In this document: positions 1 to 8,896 of the stretch, one piece after another
Layout: each line of letters opens with the position of its first letter
How positions within the stretch are numbered: position 1 is the stretch's first letter
Assembly (NCBI GenBank): GCA_964625215.1
Contig: CAZVAX010000001.1
Coordinates: forward strand, 30,354 to 94,353
Direction of reading: 5' to 3'
Origin: an uncultured Anaerolineaceae bacterium
GTDB lineage: Bacteria > Chloroflexota > Anaerolineae > Anaerolineales > Villigracilaceae
DNA length: 64,000 nucleotides
Position numbers and translations under genes: made by a program
Notes under the pieces: model-generated
Seen by the model: only the letters and a program-made list of their open reading frames with translations
Told to the model about the DNA's origin: nothing
Databases searched by the model: none

Positions 1-297
1 GGTCGCGCCCCAGTGAAAGTTTTGGCTCAAACCATTGAGGACGGTCAATCCGGCGGCAAGGATTGGGGTGGCGACCGCAAACACAATCCGGACCCACTCA
101 TGCGACTGGATAAACTCCGCTGTAGAGAGCGATGAAATCAAGGTAACCGATGCCCCAAGAACGATCACCCAAGTACGGGATTGTTTGTACATATTTTTGT
201 TGCTTTTGCTTTTTCCCCAATAGTAATCAATTTGACTCTTGTAACGGTCTTCCACATATTTTCCATCAATCATGTTGGGTTGGACAGGGTCGGTCAT
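1..297 (-). CDS. SLATT/DUF4231-like membrane protein, N-terminal part only (continues past window start)
   Basis: Own translation from ATG (297-295) with GGAGG at 304-308 on the same strand: MTDPVQPNMIDGKYVEDRYKSQIDYYWGKSKSNKNMYKQSRTWVIVLGASVTLISSL... The YYW-K-motif followed by hydrophobic helices resembles DUF4231. Absent from the ORF track because there is no stop inside the window. Confidence 0.45.
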   Translation of the reverse strand, partial: MTDPVQPNMIDGKYVEDRYKSQIDYYWGKSKSNKNMYKQSRTWVIVLGASVTLISSLSTAEFIQSHEWVRIVFAVATPILAAGLTVLNGLSQNFHWGAT

Positions 298-471
298 GAT
301 ATGCCTCCATATAGATTTTTTCAAACAGAAACCGGGCTTACATGAATTATCGCGCCATTTTATAGAAAATGAACAGGGAACTTTCAGGAGGCGCTTTGGC
401 GCTTCGCGCAAGGATTCACCGGCCGAGGGGGGTTCGGAGTTTGATACAATTCCCCCGAAAGGACTCTCCGC

Positions 472-942
472 ATGGTCAAACTCATCCCCATGTCGCCGGA
501 AGATTGCCAACCGTACCTGGAACGCAGTATCCGCGAGTACGCGGAAGATCACGTCCGCAACGGAAATTGGCAGGCCGCCGACGCGTTGGAAAAAGCGCGC
601 AATCAATTCAACGAACTCCTCCCGGAGGGACTCAACACCAAAAACCAATTCATCTACTCCATCGTGAAGGAGGGCGGGCGCAAGATCGGAATCCTGTGGA
701 TCGAAGTCAAAATGGACGCCACCCCGCGCCGCGCCTTCGGCTACGACTTCCGCATTGACGAGGATTTTCGCGGCAAGGGCTACGGCAAACAGGCCCTGGC
801 CGCGTTGGACGAGGTTCTCAAGTCCATGCAGGTCGAGTCGATGGGACTGCACGTATTTGGCGACAACCTCACGGCGCAGTCGTTGTATCGCAAGATGGGA
901 TTCGAGGTCACCGGCGTTCACATGCGCAAGAAATATCGCTGA
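472..942 (+). CDS. GNAT family N-acetyltransferase
   Basis: 156 aa. The acetyl-CoA motif region RGKGYGKQALAALDE and the C-terminal YRKMGFEV are typical of GNAT. Confidence 0.85.
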   Translation: MVKLIPMSPEDCQPYLERSIREYAEDHVRNGNWQAADALEKARNQFNELLPEGLNTKNQFIYSIVKEGGRKIGILWIEVKMDATPRRAFGYDFRIDEDFRGKGYGKQALAALDEVLKSMQVESMGLHVFGDNLTAQSLYRKMGFEVTGVHMRKKYR

Positions 943-977
943 GTCGTCGGACGTAAAATTTGCTATACTCAGAAGAT

Positions 978-1051
978 CACGAAGGTCACGCGTAATTTGC
1001 GCTCTCTTGCGCAAATACGGCGGTAGGGACCGCCTAATACGCGCTTTCGTG
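978..1051 (+). ncRNA. Structured 5' leader (three-way junction) upstream of the CBS-domain gene
   Basis: Outer stem 978-994/1038-1051 (14 bp with a 3-nt bulge). Hairpin ATTTGCGC-TCTCTT-GCGCAAAT (995-1016). Hairpin GGCGG-TAGGGA-CCGCC (1019-1034). The two loops are mutually complementary. A TATACT -10-like box sits at 964-969. Confidence 0.35.
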
Positions 1052-1098
1052 AAGTACTGATACTATTTTCAAATCCAACACGAGAGGAGAACTGTCAA

Positions 1099-1545
1099 AT
1101 GACCACCGTTCGCAAGTTGCTCGAAAACAGGCAACATGAAACCAACATCTCCGTCGCTTCCACCGACTCTGTCTTGCAGGCCATCCGAGTCATGAACCAA
1201 AATCACATCGGCGCGGTGTTCGTCACCGAGGCGGACAAAACCGTCGGTATTTTCACCGAGCGCGACTACCTGCGCAAAGGCGAGATCGAAGGCCGCTCCG
1301 CGAAAGACACCCTCCTCAAGGATGTGATGACGCCGCGCATGGTCACGGTGACGCTGGACACATCCGCGGAGGAATGCTCGGCGTTAATGAAACAATACCG
1401 CATCCGCCACCTGCCCGTGGTCGAAAACAACCAGTTGATCGGAATGGTATCCATGCGCGATGTGCTGGTGGCCTCCCTCGAAAACCGCGACAATGAGATT
1501 CGCGGACTGGAGAATTTCATCCTGGGATCGGGATTCCAATCGTAG
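1099..1545 (+). CDS. CBS domain pair protein
   Basis: 148 aa with two CBS-like repeats (VGIFTERDYL..., LIGMVSMRDVL). RBS GAGAGGAG lies upstream. Confidence 0.85.
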   Translation: MTTVRKLLENRQHETNISVASTDSVLQAIRVMNQNHIGAVFVTEADKTVGIFTERDYLRKGEIEGRSAKDTLLKDVMTPRMVTVTLDTSAEECSALMKQYRIRHLPVVENNQLIGMVSMRDVLVASLENRDNEIRGLENFILGSGFQS

Positions 1546-1643
1546 CCTACACAGGTGGACAGGTAACTCGTAACGCGTAACTTCCCACGCGCGACTCATC
1601 CCTGCCTCGCCGCCGGTCACTGAAAACCGATCGCTGATTACTG

Positions 1644-3251
1644 ATGACTAAAATTCTCCTCACAGCCCTGCTCGCCGCCGCGTTGCTCACTGCCTGCGCT
1701 TCTTCCAACGGGAAAGCGGGCGCGGTCCCCACCTACGACCCCTTCCTCCCCCTCGGCAATGACGCGGCGCCGACCATGATGATCGAGGTCAACCCGGGGA
1801 CGCTCACCGTCGCTACGCCCACCGAAATGCCCTTCATCGTCCCCACCGCCGTGCCGCTGGAATTGCTCGTTCCCACCTTCCGCCCCGCCGGACAACCCTT
1901 CCTCACCCCCACCCCCGACGGCGCGCATCAACTCCCCACCCCGCGCAGCGACGCCTCCGAGTACGTGGCGCAGCCCGGCGACAACCTCGGCGTCATCGCC
2001 CAAAGTTACGGCATCAGCGTGGAAGATTTGATGCAAGCCAACGGCCTGACCGACCCCAACCTGTTGAGCGCGGGCCAGGTGTTGACCATTCCGGTGTCCC
2101 GGCCCGAGGCGGCAGGTTCTTCGTTCAAGGTCATCCCCGACTCGGAATTGGTCTACGGTCCGGCCAGCGTGGACTTTAATGTGGAAAAATTCATCAAAGA
2201 GCGCGGCGGATTCCTCTCGGCCTACGCGGAGGAGGTCAACGGCGAATACTTGACCGCCGCGCAGATCGTCACGCGCGTGGCGCAGAATTACTCGGTCAAC
2301 CCGCGGCTCCTGCTGGCGCTCATCGAATATCGCAGCGGCTGGCTCACCAATCCCGCGCCCTTTCAAACCGACTTTGCCCTGAACATCGCAGATTACTCGC
2401 GCGCCGGACTCTACCGACAACTAACCTACGCGGCCAACGAACTCAATCGCGGCTACTACCTCTGGCGCGCAAACGCCGTGTCCACTTGGGTGTTGGCCGA
2501 CGGGACGATTGTCCCCGCCGATCCAGGCATCAACGCCGGAACAGCGGGAGTGCAAAACCTGTTCGCCCAACTCGATGACCGCGTCGCCTGGGCGTTGGAT
2601 GTGGGCGAGCCGACCGCCGACGCGCCCAGTTTTTACCAGACCTACTTTTTCTTGTTTGGCCGCCACCCCTTCGAGTACGCGGTCGAACCGCTCGTGCCGG
2701 TATGGCTCCACCAACCGCGCCTGGCCCTGCCCTTCGAGCGCGGCGTACCGTGGGTGTTCACCGGCGGCCCGCACGGCGGCTGGGACTCGGGGTCCGCCTG
2801 GGCCGCCCTCGACTTCTCGCCCGTTGCGGAAGAGTCAGGCTGTTTCCTCACCGACACCTGGGTTACCGCCATGACGAACGGACTTATCCTCCGCGCGGGA
2901 GAGGGACAGATCATCCAGGATCTCGACGGCGACGGTCACGAACAAACCGGCTGGGCGATCCTCTACATGCACGTTGAGGCGCGCGACCGCGTGCAACCGG
3001 GAACCTACGTTAAAGGCGGACAGCCCATCGGTCACGCCTCCTGCGAGGGAGGCTTTTCCAGCGCCACGCATCTTCACATCGCCCGCAAATACAACGGCGA
3101 ATGGATCGCCGCCGACGGTCACATTCCCTTCGCGCTGGATGGCTGGGTCTCCAGCGGAACCGGCGTGGAATACGACGGTTTCCTGGAACGCGCCGGCATT
3201 CTCCTCGAGGCCCTCGAAGGCATCAGCGAACTCAACACCATCATCCGTTGA
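1644..3251 (+). CDS. Lipoprotein with LysM domain and C-terminal M23-like metallopeptidase domain (paralog 1)
   Basis: Lipobox LLTACAS. LysM: YVAQPGDNLGVIAQSYGISVEDLMQANGL...GQVLTIP. C-terminus: GGPHGGWD...ALDFSP and SATHLHIARKYNGEWI (HxH). Confidence 0.8.
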   Translation: MTKILLTALLAAALLTACASSNGKAGAVPTYDPFLPLGNDAAPTMMIEVNPGTLTVATPTEMPFIVPTAVPLELLVPTFRPAGQPFLTPTPDGAHQLPTPRSDASEYVAQPGDNLGVIAQSYGISVEDLMQANGLTDPNLLSAGQVLTIPVSRPEAAGSSFKVIPDSELVYGPASVDFNVEKFIKERGGFLSAYAEEVNGEYLTAAQIVTRVAQNYSVNPRLLLALIEYRSGWLTNPAPFQTDFALNIADYSRAGLYRQLTYAANELNRGYYLWRANAVSTWVLADGTIVPADPGINAGTAGVQNLFAQLDDRVAWALDVGEPTADAPSFYQTYFFLFGRHPFEYAVEPLVPVWLHQPRLALPFERGVPWVFTGGPHGGWDSGSAWAALDFSPVAEESGCFLTDTWVTAMTNGLILRAGEGQIIQDLDGDGHEQTGWAILYMHVEARDRVQPGTYVKGGQPIGHASCEGGFSSATHLHIARKYNGEWIAADGHIPFALDGWVSSGTGVEYDGFLERAGILLEALEGISELNTIIR

Positions 3252-3308
3252 TGGAAGCAAGCCCAACACCCATCTGGCCTTAATCTCGGCAGGTATAATC
3301 CCACCAAC

Positions 3309-4904
3309 ATGAAACCGACAGCCACAATTCTGATCGTCGCCGCGTTGGCGCTGGCGGCCTGCGCGCCCACCGCCGACCTGGGCGTGTGGGGCGAATATCT
3401 TACCCCCACCGCCGTCATCCCAGCGAATCAAAGTCCCGCTGCCGAAACGCCGACGGTTCCCCCGCCCACCGCCACCAATTCCCTCCTGGAATTATTCCTG
3501 CCCACGGTGACGTTCACGCCGACGCCCACCCTGATTCTCCCCACCCAGTCGAGCGGACCCACCGCCACATCCGCCTCGCAAAGCGAATTGATCCTGTACT
3601 ACGCCCAAAGCGGAGACACGCTTCAGGTCGTGGCAAACCGCTTCGGGGTCAGCCCGAGCGAAATCACGTCGCCCAAAAACCTGCCGGGGACGGGTCTCAT
3701 TGATCCCGGCATCCTGCTCTTCATCCCGCGTCGCATCGCCGAACCGACCACCCCTAACATCCGCATCATGCCCGACGCCGAGTTGATCTTCTCCGCCTCC
3801 GCCGCCGACTTTAATACCGCGCAGTTCATCATCAACGCCAACGGTTACCTCAGCACGTTCCGGCAATGGACCGAGTCGGAGGGTTGGATGAGCGGCATGC
3901 GAACCATCGAGCGCGCCTCCTACGAAAATTCCATCAGCCCGCGCATCTTGCTGGCTCTGCTCGAATACAAATCGCATTGGGTGTACAGCGCGCCGTACAA
4001 CGCCCAAAACGAAGAGTACCCAATGGGATTCGAATCCATCAAATACAGGGGACTCTTTCTACAAATGGTGTGGACGATCAACCAACTCTACGCCGGTTAT
4101 TACGGCTGGCGCGCCGGCACGCTGACCGAACTTACCTTCCCCAACGGCGAAACCTTGCGCCTCAACCCCGAACTCAACGCCGGGACGGCGGCCTTGCAAT
4201 ATTTTTTCTCGCGGCAATACAACCGCGCCGAATGGGAGCAGATCCTCGACCCCAACTCGGTCAACAGTTTCATGGCTCTCTACGTGCAAATGTTCGGCGA
4301 CCCGGTTGCGCGCGCGCAGGCCGTTGACCCCATCTTCCCTCCCGGCGTGACTGCGCCGAAGATGGTCCTGCCCTTCGAGCCGAACCGCGAATGGAGTTTC
4401 ACCGGCGGGCCGCACGGCGCCTGGGAACACGACGGTCCGCTGGCCGCAGTGGATTTCGCCCCTTCCCTCGATCGCGCCGGGTGCGGGATGGCCAATTCCT
4501 GGGTCGTAGCCGCCGCGCCGGGTTTGGTGGTCCGCTCGGGCAACGGCGTGGTGATGGTGGATATGGATGGCGACGGACTCGAACAAACCGGCTGGAACAT
4601 TCTCTACCTGCATGTCGCCACCGAAGATCGCGTGGCCAAAGGAACCTGGCTCAAGACCGACGATCACATCGGTCACGCCTCCTGCGAGGGCGGCGCGTCC
4701 ACCGGCACGCACCTGCACTTCGCGCGCAAATACAACGGCGAATGGATTCCCGCCGACGGTCCCATCCCGATGATTCTCAGCGGCTGGACAGTCCACGCCG
4801 GCGCCAAACCCTACGAAGGCACAATGACGCGCGGCTCGCGCACGATCACCGCCGACCCGGTTGGACAGGCCTGGTCCATCATCATTCGCAAGCCCGATGA
4901 TTAA
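3309..4904 (+). CDS. Lipoprotein with LysM domain and M23-like peptidase domain (paralog 2)
   Basis: Lipobox LAACAP. LysM: YYAQSGDTLQVVANRFGVSPSEI. C-terminus: GGPHGAWE...AVDFAP, GTHLHFARKYNGEWIPADGP. Confidence 0.8.
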   Translation: MKPTATILIVAALALAACAPTADLGVWGEYLTPTAVIPANQSPAAETPTVPPPTATNSLLELFLPTVTFTPTPTLILPTQSSGPTATSASQSELILYYAQSGDTLQVVANRFGVSPSEITSPKNLPGTGLIDPGILLFIPRRIAEPTTPNIRIMPDAELIFSASAADFNTAQFIINANGYLSTFRQWTESEGWMSGMRTIERASYENSISPRILLALLEYKSHWVYSAPYNAQNEEYPMGFESIKYRGLFLQMVWTINQLYAGYYGWRAGTLTELTFPNGETLRLNPELNAGTAALQYFFSRQYNRAEWEQILDPNSVNSFMALYVQMFGDPVARAQAVDPIFPPGVTAPKMVLPFEPNREWSFTGGPHGAWEHDGPLAAVDFAPSLDRAGCGMANSWVVAAAPGLVVRSGNGVVMVDMDGDGLEQTGWNILYLHVATEDRVAKGTWLKTDDHIGHASCEGGASTGTHLHFARKYNGEWIPADGPIPMILSGWTVHAGAKPYEGTMTRGSRTITADPVGQAWSIIIRKPDD

Positions 4905-6351
4905 GAACGCGCTTCGTTTCATCATAGTCGCCTCCCTGCTCCTGCCCGCCTGCGCGCTAGCCGGAACAGCGCGACTCACCCCAACCCCCTCGCCCTCCCC
5001 AGAGACCGACTCTGTCGCCCTCTCAACCCATCGCCCCAACTACAATCCCGGCGAATTGGTGGACTACGCCGCCCAAACCGGCGACACCCTGCCAGCCCTG
5101 GCGGCGCGCTTCAACACCACAGTGGAGGAAATCCGCGCCGCCAATCCCTTCATCCCCGAAGACGCCACCACCATGCCGCCCGGCATGCCGATGAAGATTC
5201 CCATCTATTACCTGGCGTTGTGGGCCGACCATTATCAGATCATTCCCGACCACGCCTTCGTCAACGGCCCAACCCTGATCGGCTTCAACACCGCCGCGTT
5301 CGTCGCCTCCAGGAATGGCTGGCTCAAAGATTATCGCGCCTACGCGGGCGGCGATTGGCGTTCGGGCGCGGGCATCGTGGATTACGTCTCGGTCAACTTC
5401 AGCGTCAGTCCACGCCTCTTGTTAGCCCTGCTCGAATATCAAACCGGCGCGCTCTCCAATCCGGTCATGCCCAAAGATAAAAATCTGCTCGGTTTCCACA
5501 AGGAATACTACGACACCCTCTACCTCCAACTCGTGCAAGCCGCCGATATTCTAAACGACTCCTACTATCGCTGGCGCACCGGCGACCTGCTCGAATTCGA
5601 ACTGCTCGACGGCAGTCTCTTCCGGCCCGACCCGTGGGACAACGCCGCTTCCGTCAGCCTGAAACGGTACTTCTCCCTCCTTTATAACGGCGACCAATTC
5701 ACCGCATCCATCGGACCCTCGGGCCTGGCGCGCGCCTACACTGACCTCTTCGGCGACCCGTGGCAGGACCCCACCGTCCTCATCCCCGGCAGCCTGCGCC
5801 AACCCGAATTACCCCTGCCCTTCCAGGCGGGACAGGTCTGGTCCTACACGGGCGGTCCGCATACCGGCTACGGCGCCAGCCAACCCTACCCCGCTGTGGA
5901 CTTCGCGCCGCCTTCCGACAAAAGCGGATGCTTTGTGGCCGAATCGAAATATTACGTCATCGCCCTGGCGGATGGGATGATCGCGCGTTCCGAAACCGGG
6001 ACCGTCGTTCTCGACTTGGACGGCGACGGCAACGAGCGCACCGGCTGGGTTATCTACTACCTGCACATCGCCGGCCGCGTCCCGCTCGGACTCGAAGTGA
6101 AACGCGGCGACCCAATCGGTTATCCCTCCTGCGAGGGCGGACACGTCACCGGCACGCACGTTCACATCGCGCGCAAATACAACGGCGAATGGATTCCCGC
6201 CGACGGGCCGCTGGCCTTCGTGATGGACGGTTGGACCGTCCACGCCGGATACGCCCCCTACAAAGGCACCCTCACCAAAGGAAGCCTGATCGTCACCGCC
6301 TGCGAATGCGGCGACCTCTACAGCCAGGTTCGCGCGGGATTAGCGCCCTAG
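4897..6351 (+). CDS. Lipoprotein with LysM domain and M23-like peptidase domain (paralog 3)
   Basis: The internal ATG at 4897 gives the signal peptide MIKNALRFIIVASLLLPACALAG and overlaps the previous stop by 8 nt. LysM: YAAQTGDTLPALAARFNTTVEEI. C-terminus: GTHVHIARKYNGEWIPADGP. Confidence 0.8.
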   Translation: MIKNALRFIIVASLLLPACALAGTARLTPTPSPSPETDSVALSTHRPNYNPGELVDYAAQTGDTLPALAARFNTTVEEIRAANPFIPEDATTMPPGMPMKIPIYYLALWADHYQIIPDHAFVNGPTLIGFNTAAFVASRNGWLKDYRAYAGGDWRSGAGIVDYVSVNFSVSPRLLLALLEYQTGALSNPVMPKDKNLLGFHKEYYDTLYLQLVQAADILNDSYYRWRTGDLLEFELLDGSLFRPDPWDNAASVSLKRYFSLLYNGDQFTASIGPSGLARAYTDLFGDPWQDPTVLIPGSLRQPELPLPFQAGQVWSYTGGPHTGYGASQPYPAVDFAPPSDKSGCFVAESKYYVIALADGMIARSETGTVVLDLDGDGNERTGWVIYYLHIAGRVPLGLEVKRGDPIGYPSCEGGHVTGTHVHIARKYNGEWIPADGPLAFVMDGWTVHAGYAPYKGTLTKGSLIVTACECGDLYSQVRAGLAP

Positions 6352-6451
6352 AAGAAGGATAGGTAGCGGTCACGCAAGCGATGTGGCGCGGAATGGCATT
6401 CCGCAGCCCCGCTATTTGACAGGATCCCATCCCATCCCACAAGGAGGCATC

Positions 6452-6871
6452 ATGCTCAACTTCAAAACCAAATTTGGACGTAAAGTGTGGAAGCACATCA
6501 AGGAGGAATATGCCATCTGGCTGACCACCGTCGGGCCGGACGGCGCGCCTCAACCGCGGCCGGTCTGGTTTGTGTGGGATCAAGACGGCATCCTGATCTA
6601 CAGCGAGCCGACCGCCTTCAAAGTCGCGCACATCAAAAAACACAAGCAGGTCGCCCTCCATTTCAGCGCCGACCCCAAAGCCGAAGAGGATGTGATCGTC
6701 CTGCTCGGCGAAGCGCGCGTGGACAAATCCGCGCCCCCGGCGGACATGCAACGCGCCTACCTAAAAAAATATCGGGCAGGGATTTTGGGGCTGAACTCCA
6801 CCCCCGAACGCTTTGGCCGCGAATACTCCACCGCCATCCGCGTCACGCTCACCTCCATGCGCGGGTGGTGA
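6452..6871 (+). CDS. Pyridoxamine 5'-phosphate oxidase (PPOX) family / F420-dependent-class flavoprotein
   Basis: AAGGAGG RBS at 6441-6447 precedes the ATG at 6452. IWLTTVGPDGAPQPRPVWFVWD is typical of the PPOX split-barrel family. Confidence 0.7.
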   Translation: MLNFKTKFGRKVWKHIKEEYAIWLTTVGPDGAPQPRPVWFVWDQDGILIYSEPTAFKVAHIKKHKQVALHFSADPKAEEDVIVLLGEARVDKSAPPADMQRAYLKKYRAGILGLNSTPERFGREYSTAIRVTLTSMRGW

Positions 6872-6901
6872 AAAATCCCGAAGGGACAGTCTACATTCCG
6901 A

Positions 6902-7372
6902 TTATTCTTCGCCAACCGGCATGAAATTCCCTTCGGAGACGACGCGGGTCTTTCCGTTCCCCTCGTCTTCCAGCACAACGTAGGTCAGGCCAATGGGAAA
7001 GGCCTGACTGAGCATGGCGTGGACAGGACAATACTTTTCCACCGAGAGTTCGATGGCGCGCAGAACCGCTGTCTCATCCACGTTGTGGCCGGCGACGCGA
7101 TATTCCAACGCGGCGCGGGTATACACCTTGGGGTAATCCTCCGCGCGGTCGCCGTGGACGCGCACCTCGAAGGCGGTCACGTTTTGCTGTTTCTTTTGCA
7201 GAATCGAGATCACATCCATGGCGGAGCAACCCGCCAGGCTAAGCGCCACCACCTCCATCGGTCCGGGGCCGAGGCGTTCCGGTCCCGAAGCGGAATCGTA
7301 GACGATGGGCTTGCCAGAGTCGCCCACGCCCTCGAAGACGAGGTTGTTCTTCCAGGTTACTTTTCCATCCAT
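6902..7372 (-). CDS. OsmC/Ohr family peroxiredoxin-like protein
   Basis: 156 aa. GPMEVVALSLAGCSAMDVISIL and EKYCPVHAML carry the two conserved OsmC Cys contexts. Confidence 0.85.
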   Translation of the reverse strand: MDGKVTWKNNLVFEGVGDSGKPIVYDSASGPERLGPGPMEVVALSLAGCSAMDVISILQKKQQNVTAFEVRVHGDRAEDYPKVYTRAALEYRVAGHNVDETAVLRAIELSVEKYCPVHAMLSQAFPIGLTYVVLEDEGNGKTRVVSEGNFMPVGEE

Positions 7373-7386
7373 GTTGTTTCTCCTTG

Positions 7387-7947
7387 TTATTCTTCGATGA
7401 TGGGAACAACGTATTTTTCAAGCGCCTCGCGCGTGATGGCTCCCACCCACTGCAAACGGACGCGTCCCTGCCGGTCAATGAGAAAGGAGGAGGGCAGGTT
7501 GATCGTCCCAAAAACGGTTTCGGAACTGTAGGTGGGATCGAGCCAGACCGGAAATGTCAACCCGTAGTTGTTTACAAAGTCGCGCACATCCAGGAGCGGG
7601 TCGCCGTCGTTCAAGCCGATGATGGCGAATCCCGCGTTGGAGTAATCTTCATAAAAGGCTTGCAGGGTGGGCATTTCTTCGCGGCAGGGCGGACACCACG
7701 TGGCCCACATGTTGACCAGCGCCACCTGGCCGCGATAATCGCTGAGGGAATGGGCGTTGCCATCCAGGTCGTTTAACGTCAATTCGGGGGCGGGATAATT
7801 CACCTCCACCGGCCGGGCGGTCAACTGGCTGGTTGCTTGACTTTGGCGAAGCGCGATCATGGTCATGGTCGCCACACCGACAGAGATCAGGCCAATTCCG
7901 ATCACCAGGAAGGCAATCACACGTTGAAAGGATGACTGATTGGGCAT
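7387..7947 (-). CDS. TlpA/ResA-like membrane-anchored thiol-disulfide oxidoreductase
   Basis: N-terminal TM helix and a WATWCPPCREEMP thioredoxin-fold CxxC motif. Confidence 0.85.
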   Translation of the reverse strand: MPNQSSFQRVIAFLVIGIGLISVGVATMTMIALRQSQATSQLTARPVEVNYPAPELTLNDLDGNAHSLSDYRGQVALVNMWATWCPPCREEMPTLQAFYEDYSNAGFAIIGLNDGDPLLDVRDFVNNYGLTFPVWLDPTYSSETVFGTINLPSSFLIDRQGRVRLQWVGAITREALEKYVVPIIEE

Positions 7948-8097
7948 GTTATATCAATCCGTAAAAGATAATACTTCGTTTCGCCCATGAGTATATCGCG
8001 GGATGATATTCTGACAATGAGATAGGGGACAAATGTCTGAACATTCAGGATATTTGCCACTATTGCTCTCCTAGCGATTCCGATAATATCGTTTCAA

Positions 8098-8832
8098 ATG
8101 TTGCAGACTGTGGAACACATCTCCCTCTTTGACGGCCTGAGCGACGAAGCCCGGCGGTTGGTGGAGCGGCACTTCGAGCCGTATTCCTGCCGCGCGGGCG
8201 AGGTCATTTTCGAACAGGGCGACCCAGCTGTGTTCCTCTACCTGCTCCTCGAGGGCAGCGTGACCGTGCGCTACAAACCCTACGACGGGCCAGCCATCAA
8301 CCTGAATCAGATCCTGGCCGGGGGCGCGTTTGGCTGGTCGGCGGTGGTGGGCAATCCCTCTTACACCTCGGGGGCAAGCGCGCGGGAGAATGTGCAAGCG
8401 GTTCGCATTCGCGGGACCGACCTGCGCGATCTGGTGGCGCGAAATCCCAACGCCGGCAAGGAGTTGCTTGACCGGCTGGCGTCGCTGGTGTCAAACCGCT
8501 GGAAGGACGCCAACCGCCAGGTGCGCGCCATTTTGGAACAGGCTGTGCCGAAGGAAAACGCCGCATCCCGAAAGGCAAAGACGCGTATGACCACTCCCAC
8601 TACCTCCCCCAAAGAAGAACAGATCAAAGCCCTGATCGAACGCCTGAGCGCGTATGTGGAACAATTCCACGGCGGGACGGTGGAATTCGTTTCACTAAAC
8701 GGGAACCGGCTCGAGGTCCGATTGGGAGGCGCATGTTTGGGCTGTCCCCTGCTTCCATCCACGTTGCATGGTTGGGTGGCGGGAACCGTCCATCAGTTCT
8801 TCCCCGAAATTGAAGTGGCCTCCGCCGAGTGA
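8098..8832 (+). CDS. Cyclic-nucleotide-binding domain protein fused to a C-terminal NifU/Nfu-like domain
   Basis: N-terminus: LFDGLSDEARRLVERHFEPYSCRAGEVIFEQGDPAVFLYLLLEGSV (Crp-type effector domain). C-terminus: GGTVEFVSLNGNRLEVRLGGACLGCP (Nfu CxxC). Confidence 0.75.
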   Translation: MLQTVEHISLFDGLSDEARRLVERHFEPYSCRAGEVIFEQGDPAVFLYLLLEGSVTVRYKPYDGPAINLNQILAGGAFGWSAVVGNPSYTSGASARENVQAVRIRGTDLRDLVARNPNAGKELLDRLASLVSNRWKDANRQVRAILEQAVPKENAASRKAKTRMTTPTTSPKEEQIKALIERLSAYVEQFHGGTVEFVSLNGNRLEVRLGGACLGCPLLPSTLHGWVAGTVHQFFPEIEVASAE

Positions 8833-8850
8833 CACGCATCAGTAAACACA

Positions 8851-8889
8851 CAGACCCCCGCGCATCCGCGCGGGGGTCTGCTTATTTTT
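8851..8889 (+). terminator. Rho-independent terminator between convergent genes
   Basis: CAGACCCCCGCG / CGCGGGGGTCTG 12-bp stem followed by CTTATTTTT. Confidence 0.7.
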
Positions 8890-8896
8890 AGAGGGG

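Noticed and set aside
978-1051. Purine riboswitch or hammerhead ribozyme assignment for the three-way junction
   Set aside because: The junction strands are only 0-3 nt long, and the conserved cores (the purine-binding J2/3 residues and CUGAUGA...GAAA) are absent. I kept it only as an unclassified structured leader.
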